A DNA stretch of 47,727 nucleotides from Anaerolineae bacterium (GCA_049969215.1 JBMFPH010000003.1:1-47727); one strand, 5' to 3'; counted from the first letter of the stretch, positions 37,595-47,301 are shown. Numbers and translations: made by a program. Notes: generated from the letters alone by a model not told the origin.

Positions 37595-39217
37595 TCAGTG
37601 GACGTGCCAGATGTGCACCGACTGCCCTGTCTCGTCGTTGAAGGTATGCACGAGTTGTAGGTTGGGGTGTGTCTGCACTCTGTCATAGAATGCCGCCAAT
37701 GGAGCCGGGCGATTCGCGTCCAGTGCCAAATAGCGAGCTCCATAGCGTCGCGCAACCGCCACAACCGTCTCAAGTGGCTCATTGGGCACCACAATGGCGG
37801 GGATGCCGCTGACATACCACCAGCTGGGAGGATCACCTATCATGACCAGCAGATCCGGTTCATGGCGTGCGTTCAGCCAGTCTCTCATTTGAAGATAGCG
37901 TCCGTCGGGCTGCCGCCAGCGCGTGGAAACCACTAACCCGCGGTAGAGAACCAAGCTGCTGACCAGCACAGCCAATGCCACCATGCCTATAGCAAACACA
38001 CGCCGCGCCACATCGAGTTGCCAGTTGGAGCGCAGTGCCACCATGCGGCGGATCACGTCATCTAATCCCACCAACGCGGCAGCATACAGAAAGGGGAGCA
38101 CAGCACTGCCGGAATGGAAGAGGCCACCGCGTGGCCCAGGGAAAGTGAACACGAAAGTCATTATCACGAACAAAACCAGTGCGTAACTGCCCGCCAGCCG
38201 AAACAAGGGATAACGGCGCAATTGCCAGGCACCCCACCCTGCCAGCGGCGCCAGAAAGACCATGCCCCACACAGCCACGACGGTTTGCACGTTCAACCAC
38301 AGCGCTTCCAGCTTGGAGCGCAGAATGTTGTCCCATCCCCAGGCCAGATAGTGTTCCAGCGATGGGGGACGCCCGTAGTGAAACAGGTCGTCGTATTGAG
38401 TGAGCCAGATGGACTGCGCACCGTAGGCCGGCCACGGGGTTCCCATAACCAACATATTGCGTACCATCCATGGCAACATCACGATGATGAAGCTGCCGAG
38501 TATCAATCCAGATGTTCCAAGCATATGCTGGGGTGCACGGCGCAGACGCACAGCTATCCAGAGAATAGATATCCCCAGCAGCAAGACCCCGTCAGCGCGT
38601 GACAGCTGTGCCAGCGCAGCCATGGAACCCGCCAAGACGCACCAGCGTCTGCCATGTCCAACGGTATCCCGCTTAAAAGCTTCCCATGCGCGCCACGTAG
38701 CGATCAGGCACAAGCTGCCGGCCAGGGCAAACGGGGCGAAGTTGTCCGTGTGCGTCCAGTAGGGAACGAAGAACCCGCTAAATATCGCAAGCAACCCGCC
38801 AATCACGGCGTAGAGGCGATACGGCGAGATCAGGCGGGTAACGTAATAGCTGATCAGGGGCAACAGTGCGGACAGAAAGATAAAAGGCACCTGTGCTCCG
38901 CGATAGCTCTGGCCAAAAAGGATCATCCCCAGCCAGGCCAGCAATGTCGGCAGGGGCATCCAGTACAGGTGGCTGGGGTGGGGCAGACCAGGCGGATTGT
39001 CCAGGTAGTTCCACAAAAATGGCTCGTTGAGGCCATTGCCGCGCGCCAGATTGAGCGCGATGTCATAGCTATATGCAGCATCCATATAGCCAGGATGCTG
39101 CATCGGCAGTGTCACCAATCCCCGCACCATCCAGCTTGCCAGGAACAGCCATCCCAGAGCTCTATAGTCTGCCCATTTCAAAACCCGTCTAGAATCATCG
39201 TGCCGTTGTGTCCCCAT
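37595..39217 (-). CDS. GT-C fold glycosyltransferase (GT39/ArnT-PMT-like)
   Basis: YMDAAY...A.NL..G.G, YWMPL, LSRADG and PW..RN motifs; many TM helices. Start uncertain (39217 or TTG 39181). Confidence 0.78.
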   Translation of the reverse strand: MGTQRHDDSRRVLKWADYRALGWLFLASWMVRGLVTLPMQHPGYMDAAYSYDIALNLARGNGLNEPFLWNYLDNPPGLPHPSHLYWMPLPTLLAWLGMILFGQSYRGAQVPFIFLSALLPLISYYVTRLISPYRLYAVIGGLLAIFSGFFVPYWTHTDNFAPFALAGSLCLIATWRAWEAFKRDTVGHGRRWCVLAGSMAALAQLSRADGVLLLGISILWIAVRLRRAPQHMLGTSGLILGSFIIVMLPWMVRNMLVMGTPWPAYGAQSIWLTQYDDLFHYGRPPSLEHYLAWGWDNILRSKLEALWLNVQTVVAVWGMVFLAPLAGWGAWQLRRYPLFRLAGSYALVLFVIMTFVFTFPGPRGGLFHSGSAVLPFLYAAALVGLDDVIRRMVALRSNWQLDVARRVFAIGMVALAVLVSSLVLYRGLVVSTRWRQPDGRYLQMRDWLNARHEPDLLVMIGDPPSWWYVSGIPAIVVPNEPLETVVAVARRYGARYLALDANRPAPLAAFYDRVQTHPNLQLVHTFNDETGQSVHIWHVH

Positions 39218-40362
39218 TTGGCATACCTGTTTATCATCCAGGTAGACTCCGCGGCATGTAGGGACTGAGTCCCACAATGACACGCCAGCTGCCAGCAAAG
39301 TGCCATCTCTTGTATGAAGAGGCTGCCCCAGAGTATGAGGGGAAATAGGTGTGCCAGATACCAGCACCCATCTCCGTACCAGTTGGAAAGCACCGGCAGC
39401 CAGGAGATCGCACTGGTGAGCACGGCGGCTCCTTGTCCCACACGTGCCAGTGCTGGCACTACGAGTAGATAGTGATAGGGATGTAAACAGGGCATGGCAA
39501 ATGTGCCGGCCAGCATCAACATGTCAACGTCTCCACGTGAAAGCCATAACATCACCAGCACGATCGGCAACGACCATGGCCACAGGTGAATGTCATGTGG
39601 CTGCTGCCAGGCAGAAAATTCAGCGATGCTCAATATGTCGAGCGGCCATAATCCCCAAATCGCAATCGAGATTGCCAGCCAGACGATCAAGGCCCAAAAA
39701 TAGCGCTTATTGGCAAGGCAGGCCAGATAGGATACCTGAGGTTTGATAGTAGCCAGAGGTATGAGCCAGGGCAAACCTGTGAGGCCGAAAAGCGCTACCC
39801 CGTCCACCTGTCCCAGAAACAAAACCCAGAATACAGGGAAGGTAAGACATGCACTCACCGCTGCAATGGGTGTGCTTCTCCTCTGATAGAGCGCCAGCGC
39901 CAGACCGGAGAGCGTCAACCCGACCAGAACCGGCCAGCCCAGATAGGCCACCAGAATAATCCAGGGGGGATAATAGGATGTGCCATAGGTGCGTTGGCCT
40001 AAACTGAAGTAATGGCGCCAATCATAGCCCATCAAACCCTCTGGTACAATCCACATCCCGACGATGGAAGAGATGAGGATGCCAGGTAAGGCAAACACCA
40101 GATAGTCACGCAATGTTAGGGATCGGGCTGGTACATTGATCGGTGGAAAAATGAGACACTCCAGGCGCTGCCAGAAGCTGAGCGATGCTGCTTGGCAGTC
40201 TGTTTCTGCGGCAAGCGCTGGCCATAAGGTATGCAGACGGCATAGGAACAGCTTGAGGAATCGCTCCACAGATATCCAGCTTGTTGTTGCAAACCTGAGA
40301 ATGTGCTTCCCAAACGATGCAGGCAGCGCCTGAACTCTTCGCCAACGATTGCTATGATACAC
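39178..40362 (-). CDS. Membrane protein, GT87/DUF2029-like glycosyltransferase
   Basis: DW..Y, YPPW, GQ.D, KPQ and P....Y motifs in a multi-TM protein. Confidence 0.6.
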   Translation of the reverse strand: MYHSNRWRRVQALPASFGKHILRFATTSWISVERFLKLFLCRLHTLWPALAAETDCQAASLSFWQRLECLIFPPINVPARSLTLRDYLVFALPGILISSIVGMWIVPEGLMGYDWRHYFSLGQRTYGTSYYPPWIILVAYLGWPVLVGLTLSGLALALYQRRSTPIAAVSACLTFPVFWVLFLGQVDGVALFGLTGLPWLIPLATIKPQVSYLACLANKRYFWALIVWLAISIAIWGLWPLDILSIAEFSAWQQPHDIHLWPWSLPIVLVMLWLSRGDVDMLMLAGTFAMPCLHPYHYLLVVPALARVGQGAAVLTSAISWLPVLSNWYGDGCWYLAHLFPLILWGSLFIQEMALCWQLACHCGTQSLHAAESTWMINRYAKWGHNGTMILDGF

Positions 40363-40382
40363 CTGGTATATTGTTTGTCACA

Positions 40383-43300
40383 TCAGGCGCACCCATCTTG
40401 TCCCTCCGTATGGGCGACCGGCCCAGTCTCCACAGCGTCCAAGAATCTCTCCACCTGATAACCGCACCGATGCGCCATCTCTTCCCAGCTTTGCAAAATC
40501 ACCTCAACCTGATCTAGCAGAGGGGCTGTCATATCCGGGGACACAGACGGGTCGCAATGAAGGCCGATCTGGGCGGTTAGGTACAACCACCACAGGAGTT
40601 GCTGGAAGGACTCCCGGTGGAACCATAGCACACCTTGATAACGATTCACACCCAAGAACTGCTGGACATCGGTGTCAGCAAACAATGTGCGCAATAAATG
40701 GTCTGCTCTTAGATCCAAGGTGGTCGAAGCGGCCTCGACGGATGAGCGCACTGCCGACGCGGAAGGAAGATCGAACGTCGTCCACCAATCGCCATAGGAG
40801 ACCAGCCATTTGACCCCTAGCACGGCACGCCCGGCTGCCACTTCATCCACTTGGAGCACGCGAGAGAAAGCTTCGCTCAGCCGCCTGCCCAGTCCCCACT
40901 CGTCCATCCAGCTGCGGCTGAGCGTGGCATAGTCGTTCGTATTCACAACTTGAGCTAGCCGGTGCACGATGATCCAGGTATACAGTGTAGCGCGCACCAA
41001 CGGATCATCCGTAGAACAAGCTGCGCGAAAACCTTGCTCCACTGTGCAGGGAGGCTTACAGAGCAGCTGCCAAGCTGTCTCCATCTCGCATCGCAATCCG
41101 GCAAGGATTGCTTGATCGTCCTCTTTGCCGCCGGTGTGTGCTCTGATTGCTTGCAACAACGCGTGCAGGCGTTCCCATAGCATCTCCTGCCACGTCGGAT
41201 CGCCAACGGCTGGCCGGTCCAGACACCACTGGCCTAACAGATACGGCTCCAACAGCGCTTCAAAGCACAATAATACGGGCTGCAACAGCAGCTCGCGCAT
41301 GGCCGCAGTGATGCCCGGCACACCACGCCCGGCCAGATAGGCGGTCAAACGGGCGTAATGTCCTTCTGCATCGTCCTGTACCTGGCGCCAATCGAGAAAA
41401 ACGTGGCGCTTGTAAGCGCCCAGTTCGACGTACAACCCTTGGGAACACAGCTCCTGATTGCTACGAATGTATTCCAGCCCGCTCACATAATCGCGAAAGA
41501 TGGAGAACCAGCCCGGAGCGTGATGCAAGCCCAACCCTTCACCCAGGGTGTCCTGTATCAGACGACGTTCGTCCCCGTGGCCGCCCTTGACGGAGTAGGC
41601 AGCCGAGTTACGAATCCAACCGCGTGCCTCGGCGAAGCGGTTGTTGTAGATGACCAACGCGCGCTCGTCCCCGCAGCGGTTGGAATAGGCAAAGACATCC
41701 TCGTTTACACTGCCGTCCGGACTGAAGAAGTCATACAGACGGAAGTGTTGCACTTCGGAAAAAAGGTGGCGCCGATGCAGCAGGGGGAAGATTTCCCGAC
41801 GATGTCGCTCGATCAACCATTCGTCAGGCTGCTCGTCCCAATAGGCGCGTCGATATTCCATGCCGTACTTCTCGGCAAAACCTTCCACCTGACCATGTCC
41901 AAACATGGGGAGACCAGGCATCGTGACCATCAGGGTGCACACACCGAAGTACTTGTCATCCTTGCCGAACTGATCTACTGCGGTACGTTCATCGGGATTG
42001 TTCATGAAGTTGACGAAGCGTTTGAGGATTTCGGGATCGAACTCCAGCGTGTTCTTGATTACGCTGCGGTATTTAGCGTTTTCTTCGTCGCGCAGCATGT
42101 TCATAAAGGCGCTGTTGTACACACGGTGCATGCCCAAGGTGCGCACGAAATATCCTTCCATCAGCCAGAAAGCTTCGGCCAGCAGCAGCGTATCCGGCAC
42201 CTCTTGAGCGACACGATCCACCACTTCACGCCAGAACTCGTTGGGCATAGCGGCATCGAACTCCGCGCGCGTCATAGCGTGATCGGAACGAGAGGGGATG
42301 TCTCCCCCCGTACCCGGCTCTGGGAACCACAGGCGCTGATAATGCCGTTTGGTGAGCGTCATAGCGGCATCGAAGCGGATGATGGGAAAACGCCGCGCCA
42401 CATCCAAGATGACCTGAATAACCGCTTCGCGCACTTCGGGCTTCAGATAGTTGAGCTGCGCTGTGTCGTTCCATGGCATTCCGGTACCGTCATTGCCGTG
42501 ATAGATGTAACGCACCGCACCGGTCCAGCGATCCAGGCGCTTGAACACTACCGCAGCGTCGCTGCGATCGTAATAATGATCCTCAATGAAAATACCAACT
42601 CGTTCATCCTCAGATAAGTCTGGACCGTTAAAGGTGTAGCTGGCAAAGGGGCTGTAATCCTGGCCGATAAACCAATCAGGATGTTCGATCACCCACTTCG
42701 AGTCAATGGCCATATGGTTGGGCACCATGTCACTGGCCAGACGGATACCATATCGCCAGGCGCGATGGCGCAGATCAAGCAGAGCCTGCTCACCGCCCAA
42801 CTCAGTGGCGATTTGGTATTCATATAATGCATAGGCGGAGGCAGCGGCCTCAGGATTGCCACACAGCTGCTTGATGCGCTGTGAGGCACGGCTGCGCTCC
42901 CATAACCCGATCAGCCATAGTCCAGTGAACCCCCACTCTGCCAATGTAGCCAACTCTTCATCGGGGATCTGATCCAGCCGCTGGATAGGGCGCCCATACT
43001 TGCGCGACAGCTGATCCAGCCATACATGGGTGTTCTTCGCCATCAGCACCAAGCGCGGCATCCACTCACGATCGGGGCTGAAACGTTCCGCCTCCAGCTC
43101 GAGTCCGGTGTACTCATACACGCGCGCCGGGCCCGGGCCCACGAAGACAGGACGCTCTTCCTCACGGATCAAGTCCAAGCTGCCTAACATGCGGAAGATG
43201 TAACGTCCCAATAATGCACCCCAGCGCGTGCGAATATATTCCAGCTGACCGGGCAACGAATAAGGCACAGCCAACGCGGGGCTGCGCAGCATATCCACCA

Positions 43301-43913
43301 GATTCTGGTTGTGCGGACCGAAACGGGGTTGGGTTTCAAAGAACGCATGCAGCTCGGCGATAACTTGCGTATAAGCGGTCTCGCGTTCCAATGGCTCGTC
43401 GTCAAACAGCTCCAAGAAAGGCGCAAAGGCAGGGTTGGCGTTGGCCAGCCAGAGCAACAGCAGCTCTTCGAGGGCAATATTGCGGTGGGGCACGCCATCG
43501 CTCTCACCGCTCAGATATGCATCCAGTCCGATCTCGCGCCGATAAACCGCCAGGGGAGGGAAATCCTCGCCGAAGCGACGCAGCGTCTTCTCCACCGTCT
43601 CCCGTCCAAGGCGTTGTTCCAGCCAGACGAGCGCTTGCGACATCACATTTGGATTCTTGTGCTGACGATACAACTCCACCACATAATGTAGGATCTCATC
43701 GATCAGTCCCATAGCGTTCAGCTGGCCGGCTCGGATTGCCTGTTCGGGGAAACGTGCCAGATCGCGTGTGCGGTTGATGCGCTGAGCAAATAGGCGCGCT
43801 GCGTGAAAATTGGCAAAGATGACGTTACCGCTCAACTGGAAAAGCGACTCGTCGAAACGATAACGCTCTCGAGCCAGACGAGAAACGTGAAATTCTCTTG
43901 TTTCTCTTGTCAC
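40383..43913 (-). CDS. Large GH13 alpha-amylase-family protein
   Basis: DMVPNH, PWNDTAQLNY, catalytic RFDAAM / AEAFW / NNPDE motifs. Start placed at GTG 43913 after GAGG; the ORF is open to 43931. Confidence 0.88.
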   Translation of the reverse strand: MTRETREFHVSRLARERYRFDESLFQLSGNVIFANFHAARLFAQRINRTRDLARFPEQAIRAGQLNAMGLIDEILHYVVELYRQHKNPNVMSQALVWLEQRLGRETVEKTLRRFGEDFPPLAVYRREIGLDAYLSGESDGVPHRNIALEELLLLWLANANPAFAPFLELFDDEPLERETAYTQVIAELHAFFETQPRFGPHNQNLVDMLRSPALAVPYSLPGQLEYIRTRWGALLGRYIFRMLGSLDLIREEERPVFVGPGPARVYEYTGLELEAERFSPDREWMPRLVLMAKNTHVWLDQLSRKYGRPIQRLDQIPDEELATLAEWGFTGLWLIGLWERSRASQRIKQLCGNPEAAASAYALYEYQIATELGGEQALLDLRHRAWRYGIRLASDMVPNHMAIDSKWVIEHPDWFIGQDYSPFASYTFNGPDLSEDERVGIFIEDHYYDRSDAAVVFKRLDRWTGAVRYIYHGNDGTGMPWNDTAQLNYLKPEVREAVIQVILDVARRFPIIRFDAAMTLTKRHYQRLWFPEPGTGGDIPSRSDHAMTRAEFDAAMPNEFWREVVDRVAQEVPDTLLLAEAFWLMEGYFVRTLGMHRVYNSAFMNMLRDEENAKYRSVIKNTLEFDPEILKRFVNFMNNPDERTAVDQFGKDDKYFGVCTLMVTMPGLPMFGHGQVEGFAEKYGMEYRRAYWDEQPDEWLIERHRREIFPLLHRRHLFSEVQHFRLYDFFSPDGSVNEDVFAYSNRCGDERALVIYNNRFAEARGWIRNSAAYSVKGGHGDERRLIQDTLGEGLGLHHAPGWFSIFRDYVSGLEYIRSNQELCSQGLYVELGAYKRHVFLDWRQVQDDAEGHYARLTAYLAGRGVPGITAAMRELLLQPVLLCFEALLEPYLLGQWCLDRPAVGDPTWQEMLWERLHALLQAIRAHTGGKEDDQAILAGLRCEMETAWQLLCKPPCTVEQGFRAACSTDDPLVRATLYTWIIVHRLAQVVNTNDYATLSRSWMDEWGLGRRLSEAFSRVLQVDEVAAGRAVLGVKWLVSYGDWWTTFDLPSASAVRSSVEAASTTLDLRADHLLRTLFADTDVQQFLGVNRYQGVLWFHRESFQQLLWWLYLTAQIGLHCDPSVSPDMTAPLLDQVEVILQSWEEMAHRCGYQVERFLDAVETGPVAHTEGQDGCA

Positions 43914-43928
43914 GGACTCACTACCTCG

Positions 43929-43966
43929 CACCGCCGCTGGCCTTTAATAATAGGCCAGCGGCGGTG
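43929..43966 (-). terminator. 15-bp perfect hairpin between the corrinoid gene and the GH13 gene
   Basis: CACCGCCGCTGGCCT-TTAATAAT-AGGCCAGCGGCGGTG. Confidence 0.6.
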
Positions 43967-44029
43967 TCAACTCCCACAGTTTACGGAGTTCGCTCGCCGA
44001 GATAGCTGCGAAAGGAACTGTTGGGAATG

Positions 44030-44665
44030 CTACGCGACGCCCAGCAATTGTTTTGCCTTGCGCACGGCGCTGCTGGCGTCCGGCGCGTATCCGTCGGCGC
44101 CGATCTCGTCAGCATAATCCTGCGTAATGGGGGCGCCGCCGATCATCACTTTGATCTTGCCGTGCAGCCCAGCCTCTTTCAATGTTTCAATAGTGGTCTT
44201 CATCCCCGGCATCGTGGTGGTCAGGAGCGCCGAGAGGCCAATAATGTCGGCGCGCTGCTCGCGGGCGGTATCGACAAACTTCTGAGCGCTGACATCCACC
44301 CCTAGATCGATCACTTCGAAGCCGGCACCCTCTAGCATCATCTTGACCAGGTTCTTGCCGATATCGTGCAGGTCGCCTTGCACCGTGCCGATGACCACCT
44401 TGCCCAGTGTCTTGACATCTGCCTTCACGAGCTCAGGGCGCAGGATGTTCATCGCGGCCTGCATAGCACGCGCGGAGATGAGCATCTCGGGCACGAACTT
44501 CTCGCCCTCTTCAAAGAGACGGCCCACCTCTGTCATAGCAGGAATGCACGCCTTATGCAGGATATCTTCCGCCTTGATCCCCGCCTTGAGGGCGGCTTCC
44601 GTTTCGGCAGCTGCTTTCTTGGCGTCGCCGTTTAATACTGCGTCGTAAATGCTTTCGAGACTCAT
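44030..44665 (-). CDS. Methyltransferase cognate corrinoid protein (MtbC/MttC/OdmA-like)
   Basis: Cap domain (M..VG..FE.GE.FVPE) plus the B12-binding motif GDLHDIGKN...SALLTTT...IGGAP; 211 aa. Confidence 0.95.
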   Translation of the reverse strand: MSLESIYDAVLNGDAKKAAAETEAALKAGIKAEDILHKACIPAMTEVGRLFEEGEKFVPEMLISARAMQAAMNILRPELVKADVKTLGKVVIGTVQGDLHDIGKNLVKMMLEGAGFEVIDLGVDVSAQKFVDTAREQRADIIGLSALLTTTMPGMKTTIETLKEAGLHGKIKVMIGGAPITQDYADEIGADGYAPDASSAVRKAKQLLGVA

Positions 44666-44784
44666 GGTACCTTTCTCCCTTTCATCTGAGATTTTTGCTT
44701 CTATTTTGTCAACCCACTATCGGGGTAGACATTGCCTTCTTGTTTTCTCCCGGCGGCCGCTCCGCTACTAATGAGGAATTGTGC

Positions 44785-47016
44785 TTATTGATCCTCATCT
44801 GAGCGTGTATATCGCCCGTACTTATGCACCGCCTGAGCCATCACCCACACATTCTGCGCCGGCACCCCCTCCGTAATGGGACCACTGGCGCCCAATACAT
44901 AGCCACCACCGGGTGCCAATTGGGTACACGCCTCTCGGACCGCCTCTTCGATCTTCTCCCAACTGCCATACGCCAAGAGCGAAAGGGGAATGCCCCCTAT
45001 GAAAGCCATCCTACCATGCCATTGGCGCTTCAGGTGCACTAAGTCATTGCATTCCGGTTCCATAGGTAGCACAATATCAAAACCGATGCGCTCCAAGATG
45101 GGCAGCACCTTTTCCATACGTCCGCGCGTGTACAGGCCAACCAGTTTGCCGTGCTCTTTGGCTGGCGCAATCAGCTGCTGCATGCGTGGCACGAACATCT
45201 CCTCGAACATGTCGGGGCGGATCATCAGGCCAACATTGTGCGCGATCTCATCCTTAACCAGCACGAACGCTAGATCGTCCGCAAAACGGTCACATACAGC
45301 GCGCATAACCCGCTGTTGGTGTTCAAGCAGGATGTTCATCAACGTTTCCAGAAAAGGGCGATCGTCATAAAACAGGTAAAGTGCTTCGATCATACCCACG
45401 GCACGCATCGCGCAGTCGAAGAACGAGGAAAAACTGGCCACAATGCCCACCCCAGTGCCCTGTGCTGCGCGCAAATAGCGCTCTAAGACATCCAGTTGAT
45501 CAGCCAACACCGGTGGGGGTTCCAGCTTGTCAAGATCAGTCCAGCTGCGCACCGAGCCGCCCACATAGCATATTGAACCGTCAGAAGAATGGGCAAAGAG
45601 ATTGTTCGGCTGCCAGATGAAATTGCACGCCACCGCGTCCATGCCCAGCCGCACGGCGAACTCCACATGTTCCTCAGGAGTCCCCGGAGGCAAATCGGGT
45701 GTTCGGCTCGGTTGTGCATCGCGCAGTGAGCGCCCCAGTACATACTCGTACACTGCGCGACTTGTCACCCAGAGATTCAAATGGGGCACGCGATCAGCTT
45801 CCTTATGGCGCAGGACGCGTAGTAATCGTTCAACGTTCGACCTATCATAATCGGCGGGTCTGGGAACTTGTCCTGCAAGCTCCCTGTCGGCCAGGTCGAG
45901 ACAAGCGTATCCGGCGTAACGTTCCATCTCACTCAAAGGTTTGATCAACACGCCTTGAAACGTCGGGGTGTGGAGAACGGACAGAGATAAACGAGATTGT
46001 TCATTGGTGTGCTTGAGGTGGTATCCGCATGAGTAGCGCACGATCAAGCGAGTAGGCAACACCACACGACGCGGTGGCAAGAATTGCGTACTGTGCAAGC
46101 GGCTGAAGAGTAGTTGTGCGGCATTACTGCCCATTTCATAACCCGGCTGGGCAATCACGGTCATAAAGGGAAATGAGACTGACAACATTCCAAGGTCATC
46201 GAAGCAAACCAGTGACACATCTTCCGGCACACACAATCCATGACGTTGTAACGCATCCAGGGCACCGAGCGCCAGAGCACTGTTCGCCGCTAAGATGGCA
46301 TCGGGCCGAATCCCTTCATCGAGCAGCTGATTGGTCATATGCGCGCCGGAGACGGCACGGAATTCACCCCGCCGTACCATCTTTGGGTCCACGGGTAAGC
46401 CCACCTCTTGAAGTGCCAAACAGTAGCCGGCCACACAGTCATCGGCAGACGAAAGGGCGACGGGACCCGACAACACAGCGATATGTGTATGGCCCAGCGC
46501 CACCAGGTGATGCACCAGCGCACGCGCTCCGGCTGCCACATCGGTGGTCACGATATCGATATCCCAACCTTGGAAGACCCGTTCCACAGCGACCATCGGG
46601 ATGTTCTGCTCTTGGAGCGGGATCAGATCGCGTGCGCCGGATCCGCAAGGCACAATGATCAACCCCTCGACGCGCTGGCCGAGCATTGTCTGAAGATATT
46701 GCTCCTGGCGAGTTGGGTTCTCGTCGGTATTGCCTAGGAAGACTGCATATCCATGGCTGCGCGCTGCATCCTCCACACCTCGGGCCACTGCTGTCCACAG
46801 AGGGTTGCCGATATCGGGCACTATCAGCCCTAACGTGCCGGTGCGGCGTGAACGCAGGCCACGCGCCACAACGTTGGGGACATAGCCCAGCTCGGCGATG
46901 ACACGTTCCACCGTGTCCCGTGTAGCTGGATTGACACGTGCCGTGCCGTTCAGCACGCGGGATACGGTAACAGGCGAGACACCCGCGCGACGCGCGACAT
47001 CTGCGATGGTGGGCAC
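44785..47016 (-). CDS. LacI/GalR-family repressor fused to a C-terminal UroD/MtaA-like methyltransferase domain
   Basis: TIADVARRAGVS..TVSRVLN HTH, LGYVPN..ARGL and a PBP-type ligand domain ending RYSC. Then DRVP, DEIA....LMI.P..FEE.F.P, FIGGI and GGGYV...EGVP.QN. GGAGG RBS before GTG 47016; one continuous ORF. Confidence 0.88.
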   Translation of the reverse strand: MPTIADVARRAGVSPVTVSRVLNGTARVNPATRDTVERVIAELGYVPNVVARGLRSRRTGTLGLIVPDIGNPLWTAVARGVEDAARSHGYAVFLGNTDENPTRQEQYLQTMLGQRVEGLIIVPCGSGARDLIPLQEQNIPMVAVERVFQGWDIDIVTTDVAAGARALVHHLVALGHTHIAVLSGPVALSSADDCVAGYCLALQEVGLPVDPKMVRRGEFRAVSGAHMTNQLLDEGIRPDAILAANSALALGALDALQRHGLCVPEDVSLVCFDDLGMLSVSFPFMTVIAQPGYEMGSNAAQLLFSRLHSTQFLPPRRVVLPTRLIVRYSCGYHLKHTNEQSRLSLSVLHTPTFQGVLIKPLSEMERYAGYACLDLADRELAGQVPRPADYDRSNVERLLRVLRHKEADRVPHLNLWVTSRAVYEYVLGRSLRDAQPSRTPDLPPGTPEEHVEFAVRLGMDAVACNFIWQPNNLFAHSSDGSICYVGGSVRSWTDLDKLEPPPVLADQLDVLERYLRAAQGTGVGIVASFSSFFDCAMRAVGMIEALYLFYDDRPFLETLMNILLEHQQRVMRAVCDRFADDLAFVLVKDEIAHNVGLMIRPDMFEEMFVPRMQQLIAPAKEHGKLVGLYTRGRMEKVLPILERIGFDIVLPMEPECNDLVHLKRQWHGRMAFIGGIPLSLLAYGSWEKIEEAVREACTQLAPGGGYVLGASGPITEGVPAQNVWVMAQAVHKYGRYTRSDEDQ

Positions 47017-47125
47017 ACTTCCTCCCTCACAACGTACCAGGATAGGGATACTTGGAGCGCTCAAGACCTCTAAGCAGCTCCAAAGAGCTTGTGGGATCCT
47101 ATGTTTTGTACACCTTGCTCAGGAC

Positions 47126-47155
47126 ATGAAAACGATATCATGCTATCGTTTTCAA
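47126..47155. promoter_or_regulatory. Two overlapping LacI-type operators forming an 11-bp inverted repeat
   Basis: TGAAAACGATA-TCATGC-TATCGTTTTCA (47127-47154); each half is a TGAAAACGNTNNCA LacI/CcpA-like site. Confidence 0.75.
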
Positions 47156-47159
47156 ATTC

Positions 47160-47188
47160 ATGATAACAGGATCTTTACCCTATGTCAA
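47160..47188 (-). promoter_or_regulatory. Promoter of the LacI-UroD fusion gene
   Basis: Minus strand TTGACA (47188-47183)-N17-TATCAT (47165-47160) with a TGn extension; operators lie just downstream. Confidence 0.75.
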
Positions 47189-47200
47189 ACCATCAGGATC

Positions 47201-47301
47201 GAGGATGTTGAAAAATTCCTGTGGCTACCCTCTGGCCACTCAGATTTTTGTAGGAAAATAGGCTTATAAAATGGGTAACTCACAAGTTTTTCAACACTCT
47301 C
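47201..47301. mobile_element. 101-bp MITE with 17-bp imperfect TIRs and a 7-bp target duplication
   Basis: GAGGATGTTGAAAAATT (47201-47217) matches the reverse complement of 47285-47301 (GAGAGTGTTGAAAAACT) at 14/17; CAGGATC flanks both sides (47194-47200, 47302-47308). Confidence 0.8.

Noticed and set aside
41358-42617. Long antisense ORFs (also 17149-18246, 24937-25866, 26227-27192, 3755-4660)
   Set aside because: Shadow frames of well-supported genes in GC-rich DNA, with no motifs.
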